A stretch of 64,000 nt of DNA from positions 608,001 to 672,000 of the forward strand of contig CAWFQB010000001.1 of NCBI GenBank assembly GCA_963817895.1, in the 5' to 3' direction. Position 1 is the stretch's first letter. Each line of letters starts with the position of its first letter. Below the pieces are notes generated by a model. The model did not search any database. It was not told the origin of the DNA and saw nothing but the letters and a program-made list of their open reading frames with translations. The DNA is from an uncultured Chthonomonadaceae bacterium (GTDB taxonomy: Bacteria; Armatimonadota; Chthonomonadetes; Chthonomonadales; Chthonomonadaceae). Positions 10,018-21,187 of this stretch are shown in pieces. A program made the position numbers and the translations under genes.

Positions 10018-11433
10018 TTATTCGCGCTTCTCTCCTTCACGCTTCTCTTCATCTACAACGCCGCCCGATTCAGCGCGGCGAATACGATCCGCCAAACCCC
10101 CATCCAGCACAGAAGAAAGAGTTATCTCCATTTTACCTTCGCGCGCTTCCCGCAACAGCACATCGTTCCCTATTTTAATAGCGTGAGATTTGGACGCGCC
10201 AATGCGTTGCGACAGATAGATGCCCCTGTGACCGGACACGATGTAGCTCAGGATGCAGACAGCGGCAAGCGGAACGGCTGCCGCGCTGCCGAACAGGTCC
10301 ATACCCATGAGGGTACAGGCAAGGGGCGTGTTGGCCGCGCCCGCGAACACGGCCACAAACCCCAATCCTGCAAAAAACAGGGGCGGCTGTCCGGTGACAT
10401 GCGCGAACGCTACGCCCAGCGTCGCGCCGATGCAAAACAGGGGTGTCACTTCTCCCCCCTTGAAACCCGCGCCGAGCGTAATCGCCGTGAACAGAATTTT
10501 CCATCCCCACGCGACAAAGGAAACGTCCCCCGCTGTGAAACTCCGCGCGATCAGCGGCAGTCCCAATCCTAAATAGTCCCGCGTTCCGACGAGATAGGTG
10601 AGGGCGATAATCGCGCAGCCGCCGACAAGGGGGCGCAGCCAAGCCAAAGCGATTTTCGATTTGGCGAAGTGGCTGACGGCATGGGTGAGTTCCGCGAATA
10701 CAACACTGGCCGCGCCGAACAACAATCCCGACAGCGCGATCCATGCCCACAATCCGGGCGTCAACAGGGGCAGGCGCAGCATCGGATACGCATAGTGCCG
10801 GATGCCCCAGGCGCGGCAGACTATATCCCCGACAGTGGCGGCTGCGAAACAGGGTATCAGACCCTCGTAACGGATACGCCCGATGGAAACCACTTCCAGC
10901 CCGAACACGGTTCCCGCAAGCGGCGTTCCGAACACCGACCCGAACCCCCCGCTGATGCCCGCCATAATCAGCAGGCGATGCTCTTCAGCCGAAAGTCGCA
11001 GCGGCCTGCTAACCAGATTGGCGAGTGTGCCTCCCATCTGCACCGCCGTACCCTCGCGCCCCGCCGAACCGCCGAACAGATGCGTGACAACCGTTCCTAT
11101 CAGCACAAGCGGAACCATGCGAAAGGGAATTGTCGCGTCCGGGTTGTGGATACGTTCCAGCAGCAGGTTGTTGCCCGCTTCGACGGATTTACCGTAGACG
11201 TGGTACAGACTTCCAATCGCCATGCCCCCGAACGGCAACAGCCACAGCAGCCAGCCGTTCTGTTCGCGTGTTGTGGTGGCTCGGTCCAGCATAAACAGAA
11301 ACAGCGCGGACGCGCTGCCGCTCAACAGTCCGACCCACGCGCCCAATACGCCCCACTTTGCCAGCGTCCACAGCAGCGCAAGAGGTTCATGGAAATGAGT
11401 ATCAGAACGAAAACGGAACAGGCGAGGAGGCAT
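10018..11433 (-). CDS. CLC family channel/antiporter, fluoride-specific CLC-F (EriC-F) type
   Basis: GNNLL, GREGT and GEVTP signatures characteristic of CLC-F. Confidence 0.85.
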   Translation of the reverse strand: MPPRLFRFRSDTHFHEPLALLWTLAKWGVLGAWVGLLSGSASALFLFMLDRATTTREQNGWLLWLLPFGGMAIGSLYHVYGKSVEAGNNLLLERIHNPDATIPFRMVPLVLIGTVVTHLFGGSAGREGTAVQMGGTLANLVSRPLRLSAEEHRLLIMAGISGGFGSVFGTPLAGTVFGLEVVSIGRIRYEGLIPCFAAATVGDIVCRAWGIRHYAYPMLRLPLLTPGLWAWIALSGLLFGAASVVFAELTHAVSHFAKSKIALAWLRPLVGGCAIIALTYLVGTRDYLGLGLPLIARSFTAGDVSFVAWGWKILFTAITLGAGFKGGEVTPLFCIGATLGVAFAHVTGQPPLFFAGLGFVAVFAGAANTPLACTLMGMDLFGSAAAVPLAAVCILSYIVSGHRGIYLSQRIGASKSHAIKIGNDVLLREAREGKMEITLSSVLDGGLADRIRRAESGGVVDEEKREGEKRE

Positions 11434-11715
11434 AACCTATCCTTTGGAAAACGATTGGAAAGAACAATGCGCGCCATTCTGCAAATGCTTGCAAATATAC
11501 AGGAACAAAGGAATCAGTTTGCTGCACATACGTGGCTGCTGTGCATGAAAATAGCGCTGTAAACGACTGCAAACTTGCGCCATTTCGCAGTCAGGATACT
11601 TTAAGTACGCTAAATGCAGGTTTGCAGAGCAAATTTTGTGAAAATAATTCAAAAGTTTATGTAAAATCTGTGCAAAATCATTGACACAGATATTTAAGTA
11701 TGTTATCCTCTACTC

Positions 11716-12759
11716 ATGTCCAATATTCATGAAGTGGCAAGGCAGGCCGGCGTTTCCGCCGCAACCGTTTCCCGCACGTTCAGCGCGCCCAACCTGCTCA
11801 ACGAGCATACGCAGAAGCGCGTTTTGGAAGTGGCGCGTCGTCTCAACTATCAGCCCCGCAGTCTGCGAGTGGCAGGGACACGAGGCGCGTCGCGTTCCCG
11901 AAGCGTAAGCATCAATGCTATCGGCTTCCAGTTTTTCGCCGCCGCCCCTACGGATACGCTTCAAACGAACACTTTTTACGCGCCCATGCTGGCCGGCGCC
12001 CTTGCGGAAGCCTCCGATCTGGGCCTGCATCTTCTCCTTCATACGACCGACCGGCACAGTCTGGCGCAGGAAGCCCCGCGCATGATCGTGGAGCAGACGG
12101 TAGACGGGATGCTGCTTGTCGGCACGGCGGAACCGGCTATTTTAGCCCGCTTTGCCCAACACGTTCCCCATATCGTACTGCTGGACAACCACGACGAAAC
12201 CGGCGAATACGAGAGCGTGATTTCGGATGGTTTCGGTGGCGCGTTTCGCGCTACGCATTACTTGCTGGAATTGGGCCACCGCCGCATCTGTTTTCTCAGC
12301 GAACCCGGCGTGGCGACCTTTCAGGATCGGCTTCGAGGCTACCGGTGCGCGCTTCTGGAAGCGGGTATCGGACTGGACCCCAACCTTGTCGTGATGGGAA
12401 ACTCGCCGGAAGAGATCGCCCGGCTGGTGACGCAGCGGCTTTCCCACACCGACGCGCCGACCGCCCTCCTGTCAGCAAACGATTACTCCGCGTACTGCAC
12501 CATGCGCGCGTGTCGCGAAATGGGCTTGCAAGTGCCGCGCGACCTGAGCGTAATCGGTTTCGACGATATTCCCTTCAGCGCGCACACGGATGTTCCGCTG
12601 ACAACCGTGCGCGTCAATAAAGAATTCATGGGGCGTCTGGCGGTTTGCCGCCTGCAAACGCGCATGAAGGCCGGTCTGGAGGCAAGCCGCTCGCAGCCCC
12701 CTGTCGGCAATCTGGTTCCCGTTGCTCTCATCATTCGCGATTCTTGCCGCCGCCTGTAG
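11716..12759 (+). CDS. LacI family transcriptional regulator
   Basis: IHEVARQAGVSAATVSR HTH; GHRRI, DLSVIGFDD, LTTV. Confidence 0.95.
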   Translation: MSNIHEVARQAGVSAATVSRTFSAPNLLNEHTQKRVLEVARRLNYQPRSLRVAGTRGASRSRSVSINAIGFQFFAAAPTDTLQTNTFYAPMLAGALAEASDLGLHLLLHTTDRHSLAQEAPRMIVEQTVDGMLLVGTAEPAILARFAQHVPHIVLLDNHDETGEYESVISDGFGGAFRATHYLLELGHRRICFLSEPGVATFQDRLRGYRCALLEAGIGLDPNLVVMGNSPEEIARLVTQRLSHTDAPTALLSANDYSAYCTMRACREMGLQVPRDLSVIGFDDIPFSAHTDVPLTTVRVNKEFMGRLAVCRLQTRMKAGLEASRSQPPVGNLVPVALIIRDSCRRL

Positions 12760-12808
12760 CGCGCGAAGACGGATGATAGTTTCTCAAAGAAGGAGGTGAT
12801 AAAATACT

Positions 12809-13046
12809 ATGCGGACACGATGTATGTGGCCCCGCGCGGGCGCAGCAGCCCTGATTCTGTGCAGCGTCTTGCTTGCCGGATGCAAAAACGGCAGTTCCGT
12901 CACGGCGGATGAAGAACAGAAGTTCAAGAATCCGCCCGAAAGAAATGCCCAAAGAGGCTGTCGAGTTTATGAAGAACCATAGCGCGCCGCCCGCTGGCGC
13001 ACAGGCTCCCGCTGGAGCGACCTCGACTCCCGCGCCGGGAAAATAA
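12809..13046 (+). CDS. Small lipoprotein (frameshifted, not in ORF track)
   Basis: AAGGAGG RBS; MRTRCMWPRAGAAALILCSVLLAGC lipobox; Pro/Ala tail. Confidence 0.65.
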
Positions 13047-13254
13047 GTCCCAACGTTGAATCTTCCGGTAAAACGTTGGGGACGATGTAAAGCGCGGTTC
13101 CGGCCCGCGATGTATATAACGCGCGATGTCGCGCGTCTGTGCAGTCATTTTCTTATTCCTATCCTGAAAATCCCCGATTTTCATGCTCAAGGGCGCGCGA
13201 AGCGCATGAAGACTGTTCTGGAACAAACTCTGATATTCTGTTACGAAGGAGAAG

Positions 13255-14031
13255 TTGATGCAAAGAAGCAAAGGTTTCACACTGATTGAGTTGCTCGTAG
13301 TTATCGCCATCATTGCGATATTGGCGGCCATTCTGTTCCCGGTATTCGCGCAGGCGCGCGCCAAAGCGCGGCAGGCGAGCGGCCAATCCAACCAGAAGCA
13401 GTTGGGTACGGCGGTGTTGATGTACGTGCAGGACTACGATGAAACGTTCCCCATCGGCCTGGATAACGGCTGGTGGATGAGCACATGGATCCGCAACACG
13501 CAGCCCTATGTCAAGAACTTCCAGGTATACCGCGATCCCAGCGATGCCACTCCTGCGGACCCGACGATCACCTGGGCCGGCATTAAAATTTCCTACGGGG
13601 CCAATGGCGCCATTCAATGGAATGGAAGCGCTAATGAGATGGCCGGCGTAATCGGGCTGTCGCAAAGCTGGCTGGCGAACAACACGCGCGCGCTTTCGGG
13701 CGTGAACCGTTCGTCGGAAACCGTTATGTTTGCCGACAAATTCGATCAGGACAACCTCTCCGACTGGGGACTGGGATGCTTGTTCACCGGCGTAAACTGG
13801 TGGGACAACTACGGCCCGCCCGTTCACATGTACGGCGACCTTCCCAATGGCACGAACAGCCCCACCGCGGCTTTCCCCAACGGCCCCGATGGCGCGGTAA
13901 CGGCCATTCATAACAACCAGTCAACCTTTACCTTCTGCGACGGACATGTCAAGTCCCTGAAACCCTCCGCAACCAACCCTGATCCCGTCAATCGTCCTCA
14001 GGACAACATGTGGATCGCCAATCGCAAGTAG
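13255..14031 (+). CDS. Prepilin-type N-methylation / DUF1559 / H-X9-DG protein
   Basis: [51 protein letters not shown]. Confidence 0.95.
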   Translation: MMQRSKGFTLIELLVVIAIIAILAAILFPVFAQARAKARQASGQSNQKQLGTAVLMYVQDYDETFPIGLDNGWWMSTWIRNTQPYVKNFQVYRDPSDATPADPTITWAGIKISYGANGAIQWNGSANEMAGVIGLSQSWLANNTRALSGVNRSSETVMFADKFDQDNLSDWGLGCLFTGVNWWDNYGPPVHMYGDLPNGTNSPTAAFPNGPDGAVTAIHNNQSTFTFCDGHVKSLKPSATNPDPVNRPQDNMWIANRK

Positions 14032-14081
14032 AGTTCATAGTTGATAGTCCACTACCAATCAGTCAAAAAGTTCAACTATGC

Positions 14082-14127
14082 AAGCCCGTCCGAAAAATCG
14101 TGAATAACGGTTATTCGGACGGGCTTG
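14082..14127. terminator. Hairpin/terminator between convergent genes
   Basis: aagcccgtccgaa...ttcggacgggctt inverted repeat, flanked by agttgatag/ctatcaact. Confidence 0.7.
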
Positions 14128-14152
14128 TTTTCTCGCTATCAACTGTCAACTA

Positions 14153-15025
14153 TCAACCCATCTCCGCCAGCAAGCCTCGCGTGTAGCCGACGCTTTCCGC
14201 CAGTCCGGGGAGGGGATCGTCCGCGTCTTTTTCGTACTCGAAGTTGGCGTAGTAGGCATACTGAATTTTCAGCATCGCCTGCAAAATGGATTTCACGTTC
14301 AGGACGCCCCGGCCCACTTCCACATTCGCGCCTTTGGGCGTGATGTTGTTGATGTCTTTCAGGTGCATGTCGTACAAACGTTCGCGGTATTTCAACACGG
14401 CTTCGGCGGGATCGTCCCCGGCGCGGGCGGAATGGCCCACATCTATGCACAGCCCGATGCGTTTGTCATACGACTGCACGGCTTTCCACACATCGGTGGG
14501 CGCGGGGAACCGCTTGTCTTCCGGGCCGTGATTGTGGATGGCAAGCTTGATGTCGAACTCTTTTACCATCTTGTCGAGCAGAACCATGCTGTCGGGGTCG
14601 GGGGCGCAGACAATGGTGGGCAGGCCGATGTCACGGGCGTATTCAAAGGCGGCGCGAATGTTCGCCTCGTCGTTTTTCATTGCAACGTTGCCGCAACTGA
14701 CCGGCGTAATGCCCGCGTCCTTGAACTTTTGCGCGACGGCCTTTCGCTCTTCGGGCGTACTCTTCATCGCCAGATGGGAGTCCTTGATGGAAACGTATTT
14801 CAGCCCGACGCGCTGAATGTCCTTAATCGCCAGATCGAGCGGGATTTTGCGCAGGGTGTACGAGGCGACGCCGATTTTCAGCCCGTGCCATAAATCCGCG
14901 TGAGAAACCGTTTTCACGGGCGCGTTTTGCGCGTTCGCGTTCGCGCCGGCCTGCGACATTGCGGCCAGAGTCGCCGCGCCCGTCAGCAGCAAATCCCGGC
15001 GGGAAACCGAAGATGAATGAGCCAT
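14153..15025 (-). CDS. Sugar-phosphate isomerase/epimerase (xylose-isomerase-like TIM barrel), Tat-exported
   Basis: [30 protein letters not shown]. Confidence 0.85.
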   Translation of the reverse strand: MAHSSSVSRRDLLLTGAATLAAMSQAGANANAQNAPVKTVSHADLWHGLKIGVASYTLRKIPLDLAIKDIQRVGLKYVSIKDSHLAMKSTPEERKAVAQKFKDAGITPVSCGNVAMKNDEANIRAAFEYARDIGLPTIVCAPDPDSMVLLDKMVKEFDIKLAIHNHGPEDKRFPAPTDVWKAVQSYDKRIGLCIDVGHSARAGDDPAEAVLKYRERLYDMHLKDINNITPKGANVEVGRGVLNVKSILQAMLKIQYAYYANFEYEKDADDPLPGLAESVGYTRGLLAEMG

Positions 15026-15256
15026 GTTGTCCCTCCTCCATAGAAATTGAAAACTAGCCCGGCGAAAATAAGGGCGGATGCCGCTTTATTCCGCAACATC
15101 CGCCGTCCTTCCTTCTCTTTTTTGCTGCAAACAATTCAGGCGACAGGCGTAATATCGTCAGACAAAGCGTTTCTCTCAAAAACAAGTTCGCAGGGACACA
15201 ACATGTTGTGTCCCTACCAGTTTCCATCTTGGAATACAGAACTCAATTTCGCGTGT

Positions 15257-15796
15257 CTACTTTTCCGATTCGGCCTTGTCCTCGTAGTAGTGGTTGATGT
15301 GGTCGTACAGGCCGTCCGGGAAGCGCAGTTCGCGGTACACATTGCCCATATCCGGGTCGTTCGGGTCGGGAATAATCTGGAATTTCTGATGCGCCTGTTG
15401 CTCGATGATTCGTTCGCGGCGGGGCGGGTTGTAATCGTGGTCGCGTATCTGAATGTACAGGGCGCGGGCCTGCTCCTCGCTGAATTCCGGCTGTTTGGCG
15501 AGCAGTCCGACAATCTCCTCTTCGTCCAGAAAGTGCCGCGCAATAGCGACAAACGTAAATTGCCCGTAATGTCCGATGTCCGTACCCGCTTCGAGCGCTT
15601 CGAGCAGTCGCGCCATCAGGGGCGAGTCGCGCATGTTTTCGCTGCGGTTGGCGTTGTCGTACTGCTGGTTGTCCCGGTTCTCATGCGCTATCGCGTCCTC
15701 GTCGTTATGGCGGCGATGGTCCTCATGGGTAAGGGCATGTGTATTGTTACGCTTCGTATCTTTGCTAGTATCTTCCTGTGTTTGCGCGCGGTTCAT
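15257..15796 (-). CDS. Hypothetical protein resembling primase large-subunit C-terminal / PriX fold
   Basis: LEAGTDIGHYGQF...PEFSEEQ...YNPP pattern. Confidence 0.5.
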   Translation of the reverse strand: MNRAQTQEDTSKDTKRNNTHALTHEDHRRHNDEDAIAHENRDNQQYDNANRSENMRDSPLMARLLEALEAGTDIGHYGQFTFVAIARHFLDEEEIVGLLAKQPEFSEEQARALYIQIRDHDYNPPRRERIIEQQAHQKFQIIPDPNDPDMGNVYRELRFPDGLYDHINHYYEDKAESEK

Positions 15797-15820
15797 GGCG
15801 TTTCTCCTGCTTTCAAAAAT

Positions 15821-15853
15821 GGTGTTCAGGTGTTCAGGTATTCAGGTGTTCAG
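15821..15853 (+). repeat. 8-mer tandem repeat (GGTGTTCA)x4
   Basis: ggtgttcaggtgttcaggtattcaggtgttcag. Confidence 0.85.
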
Positions 15854-16059
15854 ACTGCCCCTTTTGGCTCTTATCTGGTATTTAGCGCCTGCTGAGTTGT
15901 TCACATAAGTCGAAAACAGGTAAACAAATGTTCCCAAATTTCCCGTCTTTGTTTTCGTTTCTTTCGCCTGGCGCGTTGAACTCTCCCTTCGTCTGGCGCG
16001 TATAAAGACAGGGTGCCGCGCGGCTCGTAATTTATGCGGCACTGCCATAAGGACTCTGC

Positions 16060-17535
16060 ATGTTACGTAAATCTTCCGGCGCGGTCACAGACGACCGCGC
16101 CGATTCCGTTACCAATCCCGATCCCGACTATTCCGCCCTTCCGGGCAATGAGCTGTTTCAGCCGCCCCTGTGGGAGAGCGGACGCGAGATACACAAAGCC
16201 GTCTGGACAATCGCGTGGCCGTCCGTGCTGACCATGCTGCTGCAAACGTTTAACGGCCTGATGGACACGCTATTCGTGGGACATTTGCCCCATGCCAAAC
16301 AAGCCCTCGCGGCTACGGGCATTGGCGGGCAGGTGGTTTTTCTGCTGATCGCGCTGGCGATGGGCGTTTCGGTGGGAACAACCGCATTGGTGGCGCGTTT
16401 TACGGGCGCGAACAGCCACGAGGAACGCCTGCGGGCAACCGGGCAATCACTCACGCTGAGTTTTGTGATTTCGGTTGTCGTGTGCGCGCTGTTTTATACG
16501 GGGCGCAATACGATTGTCGGCTGGATGCTGACCGGGCAGACGGATGCGGAAACCACGCGCCTGTGTTCGCAATTTCTCGGCATCGCGCTGCTGGCGACCG
16601 TGCCGATGTTCCTGATGAACACGCTGATGGGCGCGTTTCGGGGTTTGGGCGACACGCGCACTCCGATGCTGGTACAGTCTATCGCCATTGCCACCCACAT
16701 TACTTGCAACTGGATGCTGATTTACGGTCATTTCGGCCTGCCCGCGCTTGGGGTTCGGGGCGCGGCAACGGCTCTCGCCGTCTCCATTTTTGTGAGCGCG
16801 ATTTTGTATGTGGCAGCCCTGAAACTCCGGTCTCCGCTGCGCGCGGCCCTGTCACCGCGCTATCTGGCGTTCGATCTCACGGGGGAATGGTACAAGCGAA
16901 TTTTGAAAATTGGCCTGCCCGCTTCCATTCAGGCCGTGATACGCTCGCTCGCCATGATGTCGTTTACGGGGTTGCTGGCGCGGACGGCAGAAGGCTCGTC
17001 CGCTGTCGCGGCCATGAGCATCGGGGTACGGGCGGAGGCCATCGCGTACATGCCGGGTTTCGGTTACAGCGTGGCCGCGTCCGCGCTTGTCGGGCAGTAT
17101 TTAGGGGCAAAGAATATCCCGCGCGCCGAACGCAGCGCATGGGCGGCAACCACGCAGGCAATGCTCGTGATGGCGTTTGTCGGGCTGGGCTTTTATCTGT
17201 TTTCCGAACCGCTTGCCGGATTGTTCACAAGCGATCCGGGCGTCCGGCATTTAGGGGCGTTGTATCTGAAAATCAACTCGGTTTGTGAGCCGTTTATGGC
17301 GCTGGGCATGGTGCTGACGGGTGGATTGCAGGGCGCGGGCGATACCATTCGCCCCACCTTCATCACGCTGTTTACGATGTGGGTGGTACGCCTGCCGCTG
17401 AGTTACTGGCTGATGTTCCATTGCAATCTGCAAACGGCGGGCGCGTGGTGGGCGATGTGCGTGACCGCGATACTGGGCGGCGTAATTACGGCTGCGCTGT
17501 TTCAAACCGGCTGGTGGAAGAAGATCAAGGTATAG
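16060..17535 (+). CDS. MATE family efflux transporter
   Basis: DTLFVG, RGLGDTRTPM, IGLPA, LQGAGDT; about 12 TMs. Confidence 0.95.
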   Translation: MLRKSSGAVTDDRADSVTNPDPDYSALPGNELFQPPLWESGREIHKAVWTIAWPSVLTMLLQTFNGLMDTLFVGHLPHAKQALAATGIGGQVVFLLIALAMGVSVGTTALVARFTGANSHEERLRATGQSLTLSFVISVVVCALFYTGRNTIVGWMLTGQTDAETTRLCSQFLGIALLATVPMFLMNTLMGAFRGLGDTRTPMLVQSIAIATHITCNWMLIYGHFGLPALGVRGAATALAVSIFVSAILYVAALKLRSPLRAALSPRYLAFDLTGEWYKRILKIGLPASIQAVIRSLAMMSFTGLLARTAEGSSAVAAMSIGVRAEAIAYMPGFGYSVAASALVGQYLGAKNIPRAERSAWAATTQAMLVMAFVGLGFYLFSEPLAGLFTSDPGVRHLGALYLKINSVCEPFMALGMVLTGGLQGAGDTIRPTFITLFTMWVVRLPLSYWLMFHCNLQTAGAWWAMCVTAILGGVITAALFQTGWWKKIKV

Positions 17536-17659
17536 GTGTTGGGGTGGAAGGCGCAGACTGATAAAGCGCAGACAGTCGGCTTGAATGTCCGGCTGCCTGC
17601 AATTCGTTTCCCGCTGGTATCCGTTCCAGGTTCCATCCGGCTGAACCATCGTAAACCGG

Positions 17660-19157
17660 CTACCAATTACCCGCTAAATTGGACGTGACAGTCACTACAG
17701 AAGTCGCTACTACCGCCTCTTTCCAGTCACTCCCCGCGTAAAACGCCAGATTCAGCGCGTCCATGTCATCCGGCGAACGCCCCAACCGCTTCTTCGTGTC
17801 TGCCTTTGCCTCCACCACGCGCCGCCCCTGCGCATCCACCCGCCATGTTGGAGCCATCGCCTGCGCCCGCAGCAGATTGCGCGACGTTTCGTTCAGGCGC
17901 GACAAATCTATGCGCCCCTCTGAGGCCCGCCCGCTTGTCGCAAACCACAACTCCGAGCGCGTATTCGGAAAACGCTCCTCCTCCAGAGCGCGGCTGCTGC
18001 TGTTCACGCTCGTAAACGTAAACCCCTCCGCCAGATCAACCACCGCGCCCTGCACATCGTCAATGCGGCATGTCACCTCCTGCGGATTTTCACCCGCGTT
18101 CGCATACTCCCGGCATAACTGCTTCAAACGCCCCGCAATCTGCCGGTTGTCCCACCCGTTATGCGTCTCGTGCCACAACGCGCAATTGCCTCGCCGCACC
18201 ACCATACTCGTAAAATCATCCCCGAACCGCGCCTTGTCGCAGCCGATTTGCAGCCGTTCGCTATCCACAACGCCTTGCCATTCCAGACACGCCAGCCAGA
18301 GGGCTTCCGTCCACACGGATGCGCTTCCGCCCGTCGGCCATAACCCCAAAACCCGGCTTTCAAACAGCGGGCCGGGACGATACCATTTCCCGCTTCCGGT
18401 TGGAAACTCAAAATCCTGCGCTGTACAATCCTCCGAAGGCATCGCCGTACACCATTCCGCAAGCCGCCCCTGTACCCATTCCAATCGTACCGCCCGGGGA
18501 AACGGCGCAGGCCTGCCCGCCAAATCCGCCGCGATATTCGGATGCTCCAGCGCGGAAATTTCCATGACGTGCCACTTTTGCGTGTTCTGGCACTCCTCAT
18601 ACGCCCGGCTTGCCGGGTCTGTTGGATTCAAGATCACCAGCCAGTAGGACGACGAACTTGTCATCATGCCCTCCGCCGCATCCCAGAACGCGCTGTCCAC
18701 GCCCGTCGCCTCATCGAACACAATCAGCACATGTTCCGCATGGCATCCCTGAAAGCCGCTGTCGTCACGCGCCGTATACCCGATTGCGAAATGTTCCGGG
18801 TCGGTTTCCATCCTGACAGGCGCGCGGCAGCAAAGCGTTTCGTCGCGCGACAGGCCGCTGCGAACGTATCTCCTTCCACAAAATATCCTGCACCTGCCGC
18901 GCCGTGGGAGCCGTGGTAATGCACAGGCCCGGATCAAAGCAGTCGAAAAACCAGTTTACCAGCCCGCCCGCCAGAAACGACTTGCCCACGCTGTGACTCG
19001 CCTTCACAAACACCCGCTTATGCCGGACCAGCGCCATCGCCGCCTCGATCTGCTTGTCCCACCACTGTACGCCCAAAACCTCCCGCGCATACCCCACCGG
19101 ATCCTCCCGATACCGCGCGAACCGCAAACTATCACTTGCCGCATCCTTTTCTTTCAT
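17660..19157 (-). CDS. Phage terminase large subunit (frameshift near 18830)
   Basis: DPVGYAREVLG, Walker A ASHSVGKS, TAPTARQV, VFDEATGV, LNPT, GCDKARFGDD, RSPDDMDAL. Confidence 0.85.
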
Positions 19158-19340
19158 CCTTCATCCTTTGCAACATCCTTTGCCTTCACCTGCGAACCCT
19201 CTGTATTAACACTTGTCTCCTGTTTTAGAAGTCTTCCGCCAAAAATAATTTACGGCACTCCGCAACCGCCAGAGAACCAGAAAACAAAAAACTCAGGCAT
19301 ATACGCCTGAGTTTCCTGATTCCTGCCTGACCAAAACAGT

Positions 19341-20006
19341 TTACGGCTGATTTCCCGTCGAAAACAGCGAACGCAACCATGCCGCCAACGTTTGCGCCGG
19401 CGGCGCATCTATTTGCAGGTAGCCCTTGCGAAGCGCCTGCCCCAATGGGGTTCCGGGTTCCTCCTGCCATGCCAGCCACGTATGCACCTTGGCTTTGATA
19501 ACGCCTGACGGCGTGGATTTGAACAAACGCTCGTCTTCAGGTATTTGCTCTACTGCCAGTTCCGCCCGCTGCCATACGCGCGCGTCCGTCAGGCGTATTC
19601 TGCTGACGAATGTTTCCAGACTGCCCTCGGCGATATTATCCGGCATCAGCCAGAGTCCCACAATCGGAAGATCAGGCTGCTGCGCCAGAATTGTTCCTGC
19701 CGTGTCCAACTGTCGCGGAACGTTCTGGTAGCCCGCCTGTGTCAGAGCGTATTATACCGCTTGCCACCTTGCCGCAATATCAAGATCGGCATCCAGAACA
19801 ACGCCAAGATGCGTCTCATTGTCCGCTTTCAGGCGTGTTGACAGGCCGCTGATAATCCGTTCCACGCCCTTGCCATCCTCAATGCAAAAGACATTATCCA
19901 AGCCGTGCAGATTGCGGAAATGTCCGAAAAAGTGGAAATCATCCGCGCCCTCCACAAGCAATACATTGTCGGCGGGGCCGTCACCGGGTTGTAATATGCG
20001 CGGCAT
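19341..20006 (-). CDS. DUF3226-like TOPRIM protein (frameshift near 19750)
   Basis: LLVEGADD, GVVLDAD, GLWLMPDN..GSLETF, KAKVHTWLAWQEEPG. Confidence 0.8.
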
Positions 20007-20008
20007 TT

Positions 20009-21130
20009 TCAGCGCACCTCAATTTGATCGCGCGTCACAATCGCAAGTTCGCGCTCACCAAAAATAGTAGGTACGATCTCCCCGCCCCTTTCCCGCAGAC
20101 GAATCAACAAGCCCTCCTCATTCTGATCTTCATCCGCCGCCCGCTGAAACGCTTCGATACAGTCCCAACTATGCGTCGTCGCAAACACCTGCACATTCAG
20201 CCGTTGCGCCACCTGAAAAATCAACTTCCATACTTCAGGCATAACGGAATAGTGCAGTCCGGTTTCAACCTCATCTACAAGAAGAATGCCATCACGCGCT
20301 GCTGTCAATGCGAGTGCAATGTTGGCTATTCGGCTTATTCCTTCACCCAAACTGCGTAAAGGCACAGGCTGATTCATGCCTTTAAGACGAACGATAGGAA
20401 TACGTCCATGTTCGGCATCGCTATCAACTCTGTAGTTGAAATCCGACACTGAGTTTTCTAAAATATGTAACGCTTCTAGTACAGTATTCTGCTCAGGAGT
20501 TAAAGTAATGGCATCCCACATCGCAGGATAAGCCAGTTTCGGATTACTGGTTGTTGAAATAAAAACGCATTTTATACTGTCAGGTGACTCCAAATGAATA
20601 TCAAAACTGCTGTCCAGTAACCTATACACAGGGTAACGACGTACAAAGCCACCTTTTGTTTTTGTCAGCAAGTGAGGAACAGGAATATTCTTCCCTTCAA
20701 AGCCTTCGACTGCGGTCTGCCTGACTAACTCTGCTGTAGGAAGTGTACTTTCAGGTATTGGCGAGAGTTGGAGTAACAATCCCTCTTTATCAGAACCTGC
20801 CGTCCCTACTTTGATTATGCTGTTACTATCAGAAAAAGCATCTCGGCCATAAAACAAATTTTGAACGCTAAAAGATTTGTCCTCGCCTCTAAATTGTGTA
20901 TATGAGTTGCCTCGCACGCGTCGAGGCAACTCATCCCGCGCATCAAGTAAATTCAGAATTTGGTATGCGGAAGCACCACGCGCATACAAGTACAACGCTT
21001 CCAGCAGGGATGTTTTGCCGACGTTATTCTTCCCCGTAATCAGGTTGACGCGGCCAAGCCGTTCGATGCGCAGATGCTCGAAGGCGCGGAAGTTCTGGAT
21101 TTCGAGGGATGGTAAAAGTAGATTAGCCAT
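20009..21130 (-). CDS. AAA_15/AAA_21 ABC-type ATPase
   Basis: IQNFRAF, GKNNVGKTSLLEAL, SLGEG signature, LLVDEVETGLH, TTHS. Confidence 0.9.
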   Translation of the reverse strand: MANLLLPSLEIQNFRAFEHLRIERLGRVNLITGKNNVGKTSLLEALYLYARGASAYQILNLLDARDELPRRVRGNSYTQFRGEDKSFSVQNLFYGRDAFSDSNSIIKVGTAGSDKEGLLLQLSPIPESTLPTAELVRQTAVEGFEGKNIPVPHLLTKTKGGFVRRYPVYRLLDSSFDIHLESPDSIKCVFISTTSNPKLAYPAMWDAITLTPEQNTVLEALHILENSVSDFNYRVDSDAEHGRIPIVRLKGMNQPVPLRSLGEGISRIANIALALTAARDGILLVDEVETGLHYSVMPEVWKLIFQVAQRLNVQVFATTHSWDCIEAFQRAADEDQNEEGLLIRLRERGGEIVPTIFGERELAIVTRDQIEVR

Positions 21131-21187
21131 AATGCGGTTCCTGCGCGTACCGGGTGTCGGTTTGTGACACCCGGTACGCGGCGGGGT

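Noticed and set aside
11434..11700. Fluoride riboswitch upstream of the CLC-F gene
   Set aside because: No GGNGAUG...CC consensus recognised on the minus strand.
13060..13105. LacI operators upstream of the prepilin gene
   Set aside because: Only partial matches to TGnAAnCGnTTnCA; not distinguishable from chance.
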